A stretch of DNA of 64,000 bases. Source: a virus. Shown here piece by piece: positions 25,271 to 34,832 of this stretch. The stretch is from IMG/VR virus record IMGVR_UViG_641228504_000001; one strand, 5' to 3'. The notes under the pieces are model-generated. The model searched no databases. It saw nothing but the letters and a program-made list of their open reading frames with translations, and had not been told where the DNA came from. The number at the start of each line of letters is the position of its first letter. Position 1 is the stretch's first letter. The translations under genes and the position numbers were made by a program.

Positions 25271-26413
25271 TCACCGCACGTAGCTGAGACCGTCGAAGCT
25301 GAGGGAGAACGCGCCGGCCTGGGTGCGGCGTACCACGATGTCACCGGTGGAGGCCATCACCTCGCAGGGGGCGGCGATACCACCGGTGGTGGGCACCGAC
25401 AGCAGTTGGCTGTGGGTGGGTGCGTGGCCGGTGGGCAGGGTGGCCACCACATGCCCCGAGGTGGTGCCACTGGAGGTAACAGCGATCCTGCCGCGCAGCC
25501 AACTGCGGTCGTCGCTTTCCTGGCGCACGGCCAGGGACGCGACGCCGGTACTGGTGTCCTCGCTGTACCGGCCGGTCGCGTCGGGGTCGACGGCGGTGAT
25601 GGCCTGCCAGGCGTACAGGCTGGTTTGGATCCGCCCGTCCTGGTCGATCCCACCGGTGGTGACACGCTGGTCGGCGCCGTCGCGGCGCTCGAAGCGAAGG
25701 AGAACCCCTGTAGCTGCGGCGTAGGAGCCGATGAGGGTGATGAGGTGGTCGTAGCCGAACCCGCCGGGCTGCTGCTCGGCCCGGTAACGCAGGGCCTCAT
25801 TGAGCCACGCGGCGAGTCTGAGCTGCCCGCCGATGGTGATGTGTCCCTCGGCGAGGTTGACGGCGCTGCCACCGGGCACGTCGCTGAAACGCACCGACAG
25901 CAGCGGGGCGGTCAGTGCGGTGGATGGGCCCACGTAGGCCCGCGGCGTGTAGGTGCCGGACAGGTCAGGCACCTGCCCGGCGGGCAGCAGCGCACTGCCG
26001 TCGAGGGGCCCGGCCGGGCCGGTGGCAGTGCCGACCGACGCTTTGGTGACGTAGGTACTCGCCGGGTCCGGCGCCGTGGTGGTCGTCGGCACCAGGTCGG
26101 CGAGGCTCGCGGGCGGGCCGGCGGGGATAGCGATGTCCGCCCGGTACCGCCAGGCGGTGGTGTCCACGTCGAGCGTGTACGCCCACCCGGACGGCGACCA
26201 GTCACCATCGTCGGCGACGGGCACGGTCAAGCTGTACGCGCCGGCGGCGTCGAGTGTGGCCGTGTGCGCGCCAGGCTGGATCGTCACATCGTCGGCGGGG
26301 CCTTGTAGAGGGACGGCCCGGGTCAGCCGGATGGTGCCGGCGGCCGGGTTGCCGTCGGCGGTGAGGATGACACCGGTGATGGTGCGGGTGCCGAGACTCG
26401 CCGGATACGTCAC
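25271..26413 (-). CDS. Tail-fibre/receptor-binding-like protein upstream of the packaging genes, 380 aa
   Basis: N-terminal ATLDAAGAYSLTV..D..SPSGWAY domain; C-terminal VATLPTGHAP...SFDGLSY fibre-tip pattern. Confidence 0.6.
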   Translation of the reverse strand: MTYPASLGTRTITGVILTADGNPAAGTIRLTRAVPLQGPADDVTIQPGAHTATLDAAGAYSLTVPVADDGDWSPSGWAYTLDVDTTAWRYRADIAIPAGPPASLADLVPTTTTAPDPASTYVTKASVGTATGPAGPLDGSALLPAGQVPDLSGTYTPRAYVGPSTALTAPLLSVRFSDVPGGSAVNLAEGHITIGGQLRLAAWLNEALRYRAEQQPGGFGYDHLITLIGSYAAATGVLLRFERRDGADQRVTTGGIDQDGRIQTSLYAWQAITAVDPDATGRYSEDTSTGVASLAVRQESDDRSWLRGRIAVTSSGTTSGHVVATLPTGHAPTHSQLLSVPTTGGIAAPCEVMASTGDIVVRRTQAGAFSLSFDGLSYVR

Positions 26414-26578
26414 GACCGCCCCCTGTACTGGTGTGTGGTGTGCGGGCAGGCCATCCCAGCCTGTGACCTGCCCGCACCCCCCTCGCGCGTCCCGGTCCTG
26501 GGTACGCGAAAGCCCGGCGCCACTGAGTGGACTACCGGGCTGTGGGCACACTCCGCCTAGTGGGAGTGACTGATCAAA

Positions 26579-26893
26579 TCATGCGGCAGTAAGCGGGATG
26601 GCGTCAAGCTGACGTGCCCGACCGCGGTTTGACAGCCGCTTGTTGCGCTCGATGGTCGCGGCGTCGTCGAGGGCGTGGTAGACGCTGCGGGCGAAGCGGT
26701 AGCAGGTCAGGCCGTCACGTCGCCGCCAGTTGACCACCATGGCCTCGGAAACGTCCCCGAGGTATCCGAGGTGGTGGGCGATCTGCGCGGCGGTGCCGTA
26801 GTGGCGGCCGTCGCGCTCGATGAGTGGTGCAGTGCCGGTGCATGTGCCGTTGGCGGGCAGGTGGGCGCGGCAGGTCGGGCAGCGGTCGCTCAC
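26579..26893 (-). CDS. Small HTH DNA-binding protein (putative late regulator)
   Basis: TAAQIA...VSEAMVVNWRRR; last gene before the late operon. Confidence 0.55.
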   Translation of the reverse strand: MSDRCPTCRAHLPANGTCTGTAPLIERDGRHYGTAAQIAHHLGYLGDVSEAMVVNWRRRDGLTCYRFARSVYHALDDAATIERNKRLSNRGRARQLDAIPLTAA

Positions 26894-27531
26894 GCGTACC
26901 CCGCATCTCTGACCACGCTGAGGACGCCTGCCCGTGGCCAGATGTGCCGTACGCCCTCCAGGCCGCCGGGGCATCGACAGCCGGGGGTGTGTCGGCAGTC
27001 GGCGGCGCAGACGACGGTGCGGGCGGCGGCGGGTCCGACGGTGGCCGCCTCGAGGCTGCGGCGCCGGCATCCGGGGCAGTCGCCGGGTATCCGCGTGCGG
27101 TAGGGCGGCTGGTTGAGCCAGCCGCGGGCCAGCTCGTCCTCGTCGCTCAGGTGCAGGGCGAGGAGGCCGAGGGCTCGGGGTGGCAGGGTGAGGGCGGGTA
27201 GGGCGGTGAGGATGCGCTCCAGCGGATCGGGTCCGGCCGGGAGCCGGTACATGTCGGCGAGCCAGGTCAGCCGGCCGGTCAGGCGTCGGATGCGCTGCGC
27301 CCACGTCTGCACAAGCGGTGGGGGCCGGTCGGCGGTCAGTGTGGCGACAGGGTCGGCGTGTCCGCCGATCGGGTGGATGGTGCCGTGGATGGGGCTACGC
27401 AGGATCGGCGCGGCGGCGGTGAGGGTGTCACCTCGCTGCCGGGCCTCGGCGGCAGCGAGCGCGCCCAGTTGCTGCATGGCGGTGTGGATGGACCAGGCGG
27501 TGGCGGTGGCGTGTAGGTGGTGCGGTGTCAC
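26890..27531 (-). CDS. Hypothetical protein with C-terminal Zn ribbon (CPGC...VC..C..C.C)
   Basis: Cys motifs; coupled to the downstream HTH gene. Confidence 0.65.
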   Translation of the reverse strand: MTPHHLHATATAWSIHTAMQQLGALAAAEARQRGDTLTAAAPILRSPIHGTIHPIGGHADPVATLTADRPPPLVQTWAQRIRRLTGRLTWLADMYRLPAGPDPLERILTALPALTLPPRALGLLALHLSDEDELARGWLNQPPYRTRIPGDCPGCRRRSLEAATVGPAAARTVVCAADCRHTPGCRCPGGLEGVRHIWPRAGVLSVVRDAGYA

Positions 27532-27635
27532 TGGGCGACCTTTCGGCGAGGGTCCACAGCAACGACGGGCGTAGGTGGCATGTTGACTACCGCCAGTACG
27601 GTGCGATGGGTCCGTGTGGATGGGTGGAGGTGCCG

Positions 27636-28046
27636 GTGGTCCGACGCGTGACGGCCTCGGTTGTCGGGGTCATCGTGGGCCTGGCGGCCACGTGGCTGAT
27701 CGTCGTCGCTGTCCAGGGCAGGCCTACGCCGGACACGGTGTGGGGGCCTCGGCCTCCGACCCCAGCGGCGCACCAGACCGTGTTCGGGGTGGTGTCGTTG
27801 ATGTGGTCCGCTGGGTGTGAGGGCGGGCAGGTGATCGCCGAGGAGCCGGGTGTCCACGAGGTGGGGATGTGCACCATCGACGGCCACGAGGTAGCGGCGG
27901 CGGTTTTTGCCGACGAGGGCGAGCGCGACGAGTGGGTGAGCCATATGGCTGGGATCGGTAGTGTCACGGCCACCGGTAGTCGGTGGGCTGTCGCCGGTGA
28001 TGAGGCGGCGGGGGTGGAGGCGTTCGCTGCCGCCGTGCCGCGCTGA
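27636..28046 (+). CDS. Opposite-strand membrane-anchored moron with a Cys pair
   Basis: GGAGG RBS; N-terminal TM helix; extracytoplasmic domain. Confidence 0.6.
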   Translation: MVRRVTASVVGVIVGLAATWLIVVAVQGRPTPDTVWGPRPPTPAAHQTVFGVVSLMWSAGCEGGQVIAEEPGVHEVGMCTIDGHEVAAAVFADEGERDEWVSHMAGIGSVTATGSRWAVAGDEAAGVEAFAAAVPR

Positions 28047-28113
28047 TCCCGGCGCCGTTGGGGCGCGCGTTGTTGCCGCCGGGCGCTGGTGCTGCCGGCC
28101 TGCCAGCTGCTAC

Positions 28114-28305
28114 TCACGGCGCGGCCTCGGGATATTGGATGCGCCAGGTCGGGTGGTGGGCGGTGGACCGGGTGTCGCCGGCGAGGCGGACGCGGAGTCG
28201 GGCGCCGTCGGTGCTGGTGATGGTGCCGGGCCTGCCGTTGGCGATGACGCGGACACCGCGTTTGGCGGGGACGCCGTAGTGACGGCGGATGTAGGCCATG
28301 CTCAC
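28114..28305 (-). CDS. Small conserved phage protein (YIRRHYGVPAKRG)
   Basis: Recognisable phage small-protein pattern; stop/start overlap. Confidence 0.65.
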   Translation of the reverse strand: MSMAYIRRHYGVPAKRGVRVIANGRPGTITSTDGARLRVRLAGDTRSTAHHPTWRIQYPEAAP

Positions 28306-29186
28306 TGGTCGCTCCTCAGGTGGGCGGCGGGTTGAGATCCACTGTGAGCGGTTGGGAGGGCGCCACCCACGCCCACACTCGCGCCGGGGTCTCCAGGCGA
28401 CCGTGTGTGGCTCTCAGCGGGCTCGGTGGTGTCCTGCTCGCGGCCGGTGGCGGGGGTGCTGTGGTCTGGGCAGAGCACCGTGAGGCCGCGGAGGCGCATC
28501 CAGCCGCGGTCCTGTGGGCCGACGTCTGCGCGGTAGGTGCGCGGGCACCCCGGGTAGACGCAGCGGCGGATCAGGGTCTCCGCGGTGCCTTCCGACGCGT
28601 GGGCTTCGGCGGTGGTGATGAGGGCGACCAGGTGGCGGGCGATGCCGTCGTACTCGTCGGTGACGGCGGTGGCGTAGTAGGCGTCCCAGCGGTCATGCCA
28701 GCCCTCCAGGAGGTCACGGATGACCTCCACGCGGTCGTCGTCGGTGCGGGCGGCGGTGAACTCCGCCGTGGAGTGGTCGAGGAACGCCTGCATGCCGATT
28801 GGGGGGTATGTGGTGTCGTGGTCCCGCTCGGGGCCTACGCGGGCCTGTGCGTGGCTCTCAGCGGGCGGCACGGCATCCTGCGCGCCGCCGGGCCGGGAAC
28901 CGGGGCGGGTGGCGTACCGCGCCCGCGCCCGGTCGATGCGCTCGACAGCGTCGTCGAGGGTGGCGATCAGCTCTTGGACGTTGGCGAGGGCGGCGCGGGC
29001 CTGGTCCCGGTCGCCGGCGAGCTGGTCGATCAGCTCGGCGGCGGTGGCGTGGCCTGTAGCGCCGGCGCGGTTGAGGGCTGCCCACACGTCGGTGAGGGTT
29101 TCGAGTGCCTGCTGGCAGTCGTCGGTGACGTGGTGGCCGTGGTGGCACTCGCGGTGGATGGGCAGGCGGTGGGCGGGCGTGGTCAT
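28302..29186 (-). CDS. Hypothetical mosaic protein with CxxxxC..LCPDH motif
   Basis: GAGGAGG RBS at ATG 29186. Confidence 0.6.
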   Translation of the reverse strand: MTTPAHRLPIHRECHHGHHVTDDCQQALETLTDVWAALNRAGATGHATAAELIDQLAGDRDQARAALANVQELIATLDDAVERIDRARARYATRPGSRPGGAQDAVPPAESHAQARVGPERDHDTTYPPIGMQAFLDHSTAEFTAARTDDDRVEVIRDLLEGWHDRWDAYYATAVTDEYDGIARHLVALITTAEAHASEGTAETLIRRCVYPGCPRTYRADVGPQDRGWMRLRGLTVLCPDHSTPATGREQDTTEPAESHTRSPGDPGASVGVGGALPTAHSGSQPAAHLRSDQ

Positions 29187-29196
29187 GGCGGCCTCC

Positions 29197-29655
29197 TCAG
29201 GCGGCGGCGGCGGGTTGGGGTTGGCCGTAGCCGGCGGCGTGCAGGAGGGTGGCGGCGTCGCCGAGCAGCATCCGCACGGGCCAGTGCATCCGGAGCGCCG
29301 GCTCAACGCCTGTGGCGAGTGCGATGACCTGGTGGGCGGGCATGACGGCCCACCAGCGGCCGGCGTTGGCGGGGCCGATCCCGGCGCGTTGCACGACCAG
29401 GACGCCGATGTTGGCGTGGGCGTTGGTGACCTCAACCGCGAGTTCGAGCATCCAGCGGCTGATGGTGAGGTCGGAGGCGTTGCGGGCCGCGTCGCCGCCT
29501 TTGATCTCCCAGCAGATGCCGGGGGTGCCGGTGATGTCTCCGGCGTCGTGGGCGCCGCGGAGGCTGCGCCGTTCTGCGTGGGGCCAGCCGTGGGGTTGGA
29601 GGTAGCGGACGACGGCGGTTTCGGTTCGGGTGCCGATGTCGCGGGGGCGTGCCAT
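29197..29655 (-). CDS. Holliday junction resolvase (PD-(D/E)XK type)
   Basis: GT..E..VV.YL..G...AERR..G..D.GDI.G...EIK. Confidence 0.8.
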   Translation of the reverse strand: MARPRDIGTRTETAVVRYLQPHGWPHAERRSLRGAHDAGDITGTPGICWEIKGGDAARNASDLTISRWMLELAVEVTNAHANIGVLVVQRAGIGPANAGRWWAVMPAHQVIALATGVEPALRMHWPVRMLLGDAATLLHAAGYGQPQPAAAA

Positions 29656-29669
29656 TAGGTCAGGTCTCC

Positions 29670-30005
29670 TCAGTAGGGGCAGCCGTCGGCGACGACGGCC
29701 GGGGCGGTCGGTGGGCTGGGCTGGCGGTAGTGGGCCGGCACCAGGCGGTGGCAGCGGTGTTCGGCGAGGACTGGTCCGGTGAGGGCGGTGCCGGCGATGC
29801 GGGTGGCGTCACGGTGGACGAGTCCGCCGCGGGTGAGGGTGTAGGTCTGGAGGTTGTCGAGCAGGGCGGCGATTTCGCCGGCCCGGTTGAGTGGGGTGAG
29901 GTCGACGCGGGCGTGAAGCCCTTCGGCGTGGCCGGTGAGGACGGTGGCGCCGCAGCGGGGATGGGTGCCGCTGGTGATGGGAGTGGTGATCAGGTGGGCG
30001 GTCAT
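29670..30005 (-). CDS. Conserved phage hypothetical (CG..VL.G..EG...RVD...VLAEHRC)
   Basis: ORF and typical position downstream of primase. Confidence 0.6.
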   Translation of the reverse strand: MTAHLITTPITSGTHPRCGATVLTGHAEGLHARVDLTPLNRAGEIAALLDNLQTYTLTRGGLVHRDATRIAGTALTGPVLAEHRCHRLVPAHYRQPSPPTAPAVVADGCPY

Positions 30006-30019
30006 GCGGTGGCCTGCCC

Positions 30020-30291
30020 ATGACGCATGACGCATGACGCGTCTTCTCCGGTTGGGCTGCCATGTGCGTGTGCATGCGTGCGCGCGCGTTCGAGGGGAAC
30101 GGGAGGAAACGCGTCATGCGTCATGATCATGCTTGTGTCGTAGGCTAGTCGTGCTGTCTGAGCTGCGGAAACTTGCCCTGACAAGATCATGACGCATGCG
30201 TCATTCGATGACGCGTTTTGAGCGACGGGCGAGGCGATCATGGTCACCACCCGCCCTGCTCGTCGCGAGTCGATGACGCATCCGATGACGC
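30020..30291. repeat. Iteron-like ATGACGC cluster; probable replication origin
   Basis: 7 direct (30020, 30027, 30034, 30189, 30208, 30273, 30285) and 3 inverted (30111, 30118, 30198) copies at the primase 3' end. Confidence 0.65.
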
Positions 30292-32868
30292 ATCCTCGTC
30301 GATCAAGAGCGACAGATTGCCGTACAAGCGGGCGGCGGGAGTGCGCAACCGCAGCACCTTGAAACGCTTCTCCAGCGCGGTGCCGAGGGCCTTGGCGCTG
30401 ACCGGTGTCTCACCTTCGGCGTAGCAGAACTGCTCGTACGCCTCGCGTACCTTCGCGGTCTTGATGGTGACGTGCTCGCCGCCTCCGAGGTGGCAGCACT
30501 CCTGCACGAATTTCGCGACGGAGTCCTGATCGTGGGCGTACTCGGCCGTCGCGGCCTTCACGCTGTCGGGCTCCTGGAGGCCACTGGCGTGGTACTGCGT
30601 GGTGCCAGCCGTGATCCAGGCGAGCAGCGCCGGCCCGTGGTCGCGGACGAGGATGCCCTGGAGGTCGTCGACGATCTTCTCCTCGGGTACCTCGTGGTTG
30701 AAGGGGATTAGTCGCAGGCGCCGCCAGAACGAGCGCCCGCCGGAGCGCACAGCGGGCTGGTGGTTGCCCATCAGCCAGAGCTGGTGGGTGGGCGTGAAGG
30801 TGAAGTGGTCTTGGCGCATGAAGCGGGCGGTGAGGCTGTCCCCGCCGGTGAGCATCTTGACTTTCGCCTCGTCGAAGCGGTCGTCTTCGTTGACCTCGGA
30901 GCAGATGACCATGCGGGAGCCGGCGAGGCGGGCGATCTCGGTTTCGTGGCCGGGGTGGGACTGGGCCATCAGGAAGCCGACGGGAGCGGTGGTGGCGTAG
31001 TCGCCGAGCACTCCGGCGAGTGCCTCAAGGAAGACGCCTTTGCCGTTGCCGCCGGAGCCGTGACAGAACGGCAGCACATGCGGACCGACGTGTCCAACGA
31101 CGGAGTAGCCGACGAGCCGCCGCAAGTAGGTGATGAGTTCATCGTTGTCGCCGAACGTGTCGGCGAGGAATTCGTTCCATCGGCCCGGGTCGGCGGTGAG
31201 GTCGACGGGGACCGCGGTGCTACGGGTGTGCAGGGCGGCGGGCTCAGCCGCCCGGACGGTGCCGGTACGTAGGTCGACAATGCCGGCGGGGGTGTTGAGT
31301 TCCCACGCGTTGGCGTCGAGGTCGTCGAAGTGGGCGACGACGTGCGGGTTGTGCTGGGCAAGGCGGGCGATGCCGGTGACACCGGCGGCGGACATGGCTC
31401 GCTTGCGGAAGGTGGCCCATTCCTTGTCGTTGGGAATCCGGTCAGCGAGGGCCAGGAGGAGTTCACGGTGCTGCTCTGCGTCGTCCCACGTCCAGCGGTG
31501 CCCGTCCCACATGAGCCAGCGGGCACGCTGCGGGCAGTAGCGGAGGACTTCGCCGTGGTTGGCTACGAGGGCGCGGGCCATACCCGCCTCGGTGGGGCCG
31601 AACTGCTCGGGATTCGGTGACGGTTCAGCGAGTACCCGCGCGGCGGTGCCATCGACAGCGGCGAGGACGCGGGCGGCTTGTCCGGGTGGGAGTAGGTCGG
31701 CGATGGCGGCGCGTTGCTCGGCGGCCGGGTCGGTTTTCTCGGTGGGGGTGCCGTAGCCGAGGCGGGCGAGGTGGCGGGTAGCGGCCTTGTGGTCGCCGCC
31801 GTGGTGGAGCACGGCGTAGGCGCCGGGCTTGGTGTACACCTGGCCTTGTTCGAATTCGGTGGCGTCGGTGAACACTTTGAGGCGGTCGCGGGTCGGGTCG
31901 TGTCCAGTGGTGGCGGAGATACCGGGGTCGGTTTTGCCGGGGCGGCGCCATTCGCAGTAGGAGCCGGGGGTGCCTTTGGTGAGGGTCCAGTCGGCGCCGC
32001 CAAGTAGCAGTGGGTCGTCCCAGCCGGCGCGGGCCTCGAAGTGGTCGTTGGGGGTGATGTGTCCGGCGGGTCGTACCACCTCCAGGCGGCGGGGTGCCGG
32101 CGGCGGGCCGGGTTGCGGGTCGGGGTGGCGGCTGATGGCGTCGCGCAGGCCGGCGTGGAGTTGGTCGAGGCTGTACCGCTCGGGGCGGGCGTCGATGATG
32201 CGACAGGGGCGCTCCAGGCGGGCCTTGCGGTTGATGGTTCCGGGGATGCGTAGCACGCGGGCGAGGTCGCCGACGCCGGTGCCGTAGTGCCAGCCGAGGG
32301 CGGCGGCTGACCGGCCGATGACGGCCTGCCAGCGGCCGGTCAGCTGTTCCAGGTCGGAGAGGTTGTCGTTGGTGATGTCGGTGTGCTGGTCGAGCAGCCA
32401 CCATGGGTAGAGTCCGCCGCCGGAGTGCACCCACAGCGTGGGGTCGGGTAGCCCGGCCTCGGTGATGATGTGTCGGGCGTCGACCTCGGTGGGGGGCAGG
32501 GGCCGGGTGATGTGCCCATGACCTTTGGTGCAGTCGTCGGGACACACGTCGTGTTTGTGGCCGGGGCCGGCGATGTCGAGGTCGGCCCAGAGGCCGGGCA
32601 GGGCGAGGCTGTCGGCGGCGCCGCCCCGACCTCCCTTGCCGGGCTGGCCCCTGAGGGTGGTGGCGCGCAGGTAGATGCCCTCCGGTTGGGCTTTGTCGAG
32701 CTCGGTGACGTAGTCGGTGGCCTGGTCGTAGTCGGTGAAGGCGCGGCCGGACCAGTTACCTGTGGATGAGATGTGGACGAGGCCGGGGGTGTTGACGTAG
32801 AGCACGTCGAGCCACGTCCTGACCATGGTGTGGTCGAGGCCGGTGGCCGTCTGCTCGGTGCTCGTCAT
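30244..32868 (-). CDS. Primase-helicase (RepB-like primase plus P4/D5 SF3 helicase), 874 aa
   Basis: LWADLD and VHSGGGLY primase motifs; GSGGNGKG Walker A; KMLTGGD.LTARF. Confidence 0.9.
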   Translation of the reverse strand: MTSTEQTATGLDHTMVRTWLDVLYVNTPGLVHISSTGNWSGRAFTDYDQATDYVTELDKAQPEGIYLRATTLRGQPGKGGRGGAADSLALPGLWADLDIAGPGHKHDVCPDDCTKGHGHITRPLPPTEVDARHIITEAGLPDPTLWVHSGGGLYPWWLLDQHTDITNDNLSDLEQLTGRWQAVIGRSAAALGWHYGTGVGDLARVLRIPGTINRKARLERPCRIIDARPERYSLDQLHAGLRDAISRHPDPQPGPPPAPRRLEVVRPAGHITPNDHFEARAGWDDPLLLGGADWTLTKGTPGSYCEWRRPGKTDPGISATTGHDPTRDRLKVFTDATEFEQGQVYTKPGAYAVLHHGGDHKAATRHLARLGYGTPTEKTDPAAEQRAAIADLLPPGQAARVLAAVDGTAARVLAEPSPNPEQFGPTEAGMARALVANHGEVLRYCPQRARWLMWDGHRWTWDDAEQHRELLLALADRIPNDKEWATFRKRAMSAAGVTGIARLAQHNPHVVAHFDDLDANAWELNTPAGIVDLRTGTVRAAEPAALHTRSTAVPVDLTADPGRWNEFLADTFGDNDELITYLRRLVGYSVVGHVGPHVLPFCHGSGGNGKGVFLEALAGVLGDYATTAPVGFLMAQSHPGHETEIARLAGSRMVICSEVNEDDRFDEAKVKMLTGGDSLTARFMRQDHFTFTPTHQLWLMGNHQPAVRSGGRSFWRRLRLIPFNHEVPEEKIVDDLQGILVRDHGPALLAWITAGTTQYHASGLQEPDSVKAATAEYAHDQDSVAKFVQECCHLGGGEHVTIKTAKVREAYEQFCYAEGETPVSAKALGTALEKRFKVLRLRTPAARLYGNLSLLIDEDASSDASSTRDEQGGW

Positions 32869-32974
32869 CTATCTGACTCCTGCGCTTGTCTGTCCGGGGT
32901 GGGTGTGCCGGGGCTCCGGGGCCGCCGGCCAGTCCCGGGCGATGGGGCTGGCCGGCGACGCGGGGGCACCGGAA

Positions 32975-33547
32975 CTACTGGCCCATCGCGGCGCGGAGCT
33001 TGGCGCGCTGGTCGGTGCTCATCTGCGCCCACAGCGCCGGGTCCACGCCGGCCGGCGCGGTGTCGGCCGGCGGCGGCGTGGCCGGGACAGCCTGGGGCGC
33101 TGGCGTGGTCGGCTGGCCCATGAGGATGTTGTTCGCCGGTGCGGGTGGGGCGATGTAGGTGGCGCTGTAGAGCTTCGGCGCGCTCCAGGCGGCGCGTTTC
33201 TTCTCCCCGTCGCCGGTGTAGGTGACGGTCAGGGTCGCGCCGACCTCGATGCCCTTGGCGCCGGACTTGCGGACGGCGTCGCGGACAGCGGACAGCATGT
33301 TGCCCTTGATGTAGAGGGCGCGCACACCGTCGTCGTCGGCGTCCTGCGGATCCCGAGCGTCGGTGTGGACCTGGACGATGATCTGCATCATCGGGTCGCC
33401 GTTGTCGAAGGTCTTCGCCACACCTTCGGGTGTGGTCTGCTGCCGGGCTTCCGGTTCACGGACGACGCGACCCGACACGCAGGTGCCGACGGTGGGGAAA
33501 GCGGCGGACTTGACGCCGCCGCCCATGAGCAGTTCGTTGGCGTTCAT
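32975..33547 (-). CDS. Putative ssDNA-binding protein
   Basis: SAAF...G..V.G.V, G..L.VTYTG.G, PKLY.A.Y; Pro/Ala tail; located between exonuclease and primase. Confidence 0.6.
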   Translation of the reverse strand: MNANELLMGGGVKSAAFPTVGTCVSGRVVREPEARQQTTPEGVAKTFDNGDPMMQIIVQVHTDARDPQDADDDGVRALYIKGNMLSAVRDAVRKSGAKGIEVGATLTVTYTGDGEKKRAAWSAPKLYSATYIAPPAPANNILMGQPTTPAPQAVPATPPPADTAPAGVDPALWAQMSTDQRAKLRAAMGQ

Positions 33548-33615
33548 TCTGTGGTTCTCCTTTGTTCCGGTGTTCCGGTGCTCGGTTGACCGGCCACCAG
33601 CAGGCGGCCGGAGGT

Positions 33616-34677
33616 TCAGGAGGCGATGAGCCCGTCGGTGAAGCGGTCAACGCGTCGCTTGTGCGCGGCGGCGTCACCGGCGCACCCGTCCCAGCCGGTG
33701 GGTTGGCCGGGCCGATGGAACGGGCACCACTTGCAGCTGTCGGCGCTGGCCGTGGCCGGGACGGCGGCGATGAACGCCGGGTTGGCGGCCACGTCCAGGT
33801 CGAGGAGCAGTTGCACGGTGGCGTAGTAGCGGTCGATCGCCCGGTGGGCGATGTCCGGGTCGTACGGCTCGGTCCACTCGTCGGAGTCGTCGTACTGCCA
33901 CGACCGGGCCAACAGGACGAGACGGACGTGACGCACCCGCCGGCCCTTACGTTCGTGGCCGAGCCCGTACAGGTGGCCCTGCACCCGGTAGTCGGGCGAC
34001 ACCTGCTCGGCCGGCGGCCTACCGGACCGTTTGGCGGTACGCAGTTTGGTCAGGGCGGTGGTGCCGACGTGTTTCCAGTCGACGACCATGTGGTGGTCGG
34101 TGTCGAACGCGTCACCGTGACCACGGATACCGTCCACGTCGGGTAGTCCTGGGTCCACCTCAAGGTCGTCCTCGGCCAGCCAGCGTTCCCGGCCGAGCTG
34201 GGCGTTCCAGAACGCCACGACCTGCTCCATCTCGGCGTGCACGGCGGTGCCCTGAAACGGCGCCCACGTGGGGGCGTTGACCGGGCGGCGCGGTGCCCCG
34301 GCGAGTTTGCGGGCCATCTGCTGCTGACACGGCGTACCCAACTCCGACGGGCCGAGCCGCCGCTGCACCGAGCGGGGACGGCTGGCGTCGTAGTCGATCA
34401 ACACCGGTCGAAGTTCGCCGACTGTTGACGGCGGATCGGCGTCCGGCTCTCCCGCCGACTCCGTGGTGGGGGTGGTGAACAGGTCAGCCGGCGGCGGCGT
34501 TGGTGTTGGTACCGGCGCCGGCTCGCACCCGATGTGCCAGCCGGCGCCGGTACCTGGATCTGTGACCAGCATCGGGTCAAGACGCTCCCCGCACCGAGCG
34601 AGGCAATGCGGCTGCGGCGCTTTGCCGCCGGTCAGGGCCGCGATGACCGCGTCGAGGGTCGCCTGGTCCACACTCAC
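33616..34677 (-). CDS. Cas4/RecB-like PD-(D/E)XK exonuclease
   Basis: PSELG.PC, GTAVH, GHGD..D....VDWK, QGHLYG, C.WCPF....C. Confidence 0.82.
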   Translation of the reverse strand: MSVDQATLDAVIAALTGGKAPQPHCLARCGERLDPMLVTDPGTGAGWHIGCEPAPVPTPTPPPADLFTTPTTESAGEPDADPPSTVGELRPVLIDYDASRPRSVQRRLGPSELGTPCQQQMARKLAGAPRRPVNAPTWAPFQGTAVHAEMEQVVAFWNAQLGRERWLAEDDLEVDPGLPDVDGIRGHGDAFDTDHHMVVDWKHVGTTALTKLRTAKRSGRPPAEQVSPDYRVQGHLYGLGHERKGRRVRHVRLVLLARSWQYDDSDEWTEPYDPDIAHRAIDRYYATVQLLLDLDVAANPAFIAAVPATASADSCKWCPFHRPGQPTGWDGCAGDAAAHKRRVDRFTDGLIAS

Positions 34678-34832
34678 GCCGCCGCCTCCTGCTCGTCGCG
34701 ATGGTCAAGCCGCCGGTCCTGGTCGAGGTCGACGCGGATGCAGCCGGGGCACTGGACGCCGCCGCGCACGTGCAGCGGGTCAGCCGGATCCCACCGGTTC
34801 TCGGGCAGGCCACAGGTAACACAGCCAGTCAT
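34674..34832 (-). CDS. Small CxxC...CxxC Zn-finger protein, 52 aa
   Basis: Translated manually; ATGA/GTGA overlaps on both sides. Confidence 0.55.
   Translation of the reverse strand: MTGCVTCGLPENRWDPADPLHVRGGVQCPGCIRVDLDQDRRLDHRDEQEAAA

Noticed and set aside
26549-26568. CACTCC...GGAGTG hairpin resembling a CRISPR repeat
   Set aside because: Does not fit the 6-bp stem/4-nt loop/8-nt handle geometry; more likely a terminator or late regulatory element.
30137-30145. 9-nt matches to the array-2 spacer seed (also near 1060 and 9030) and an 8-nt match to spacer 1 at 11506-11513
   Set aside because: Short, no AAG-like PAM, no extended pairing; expected by chance in GC-rich DNA.
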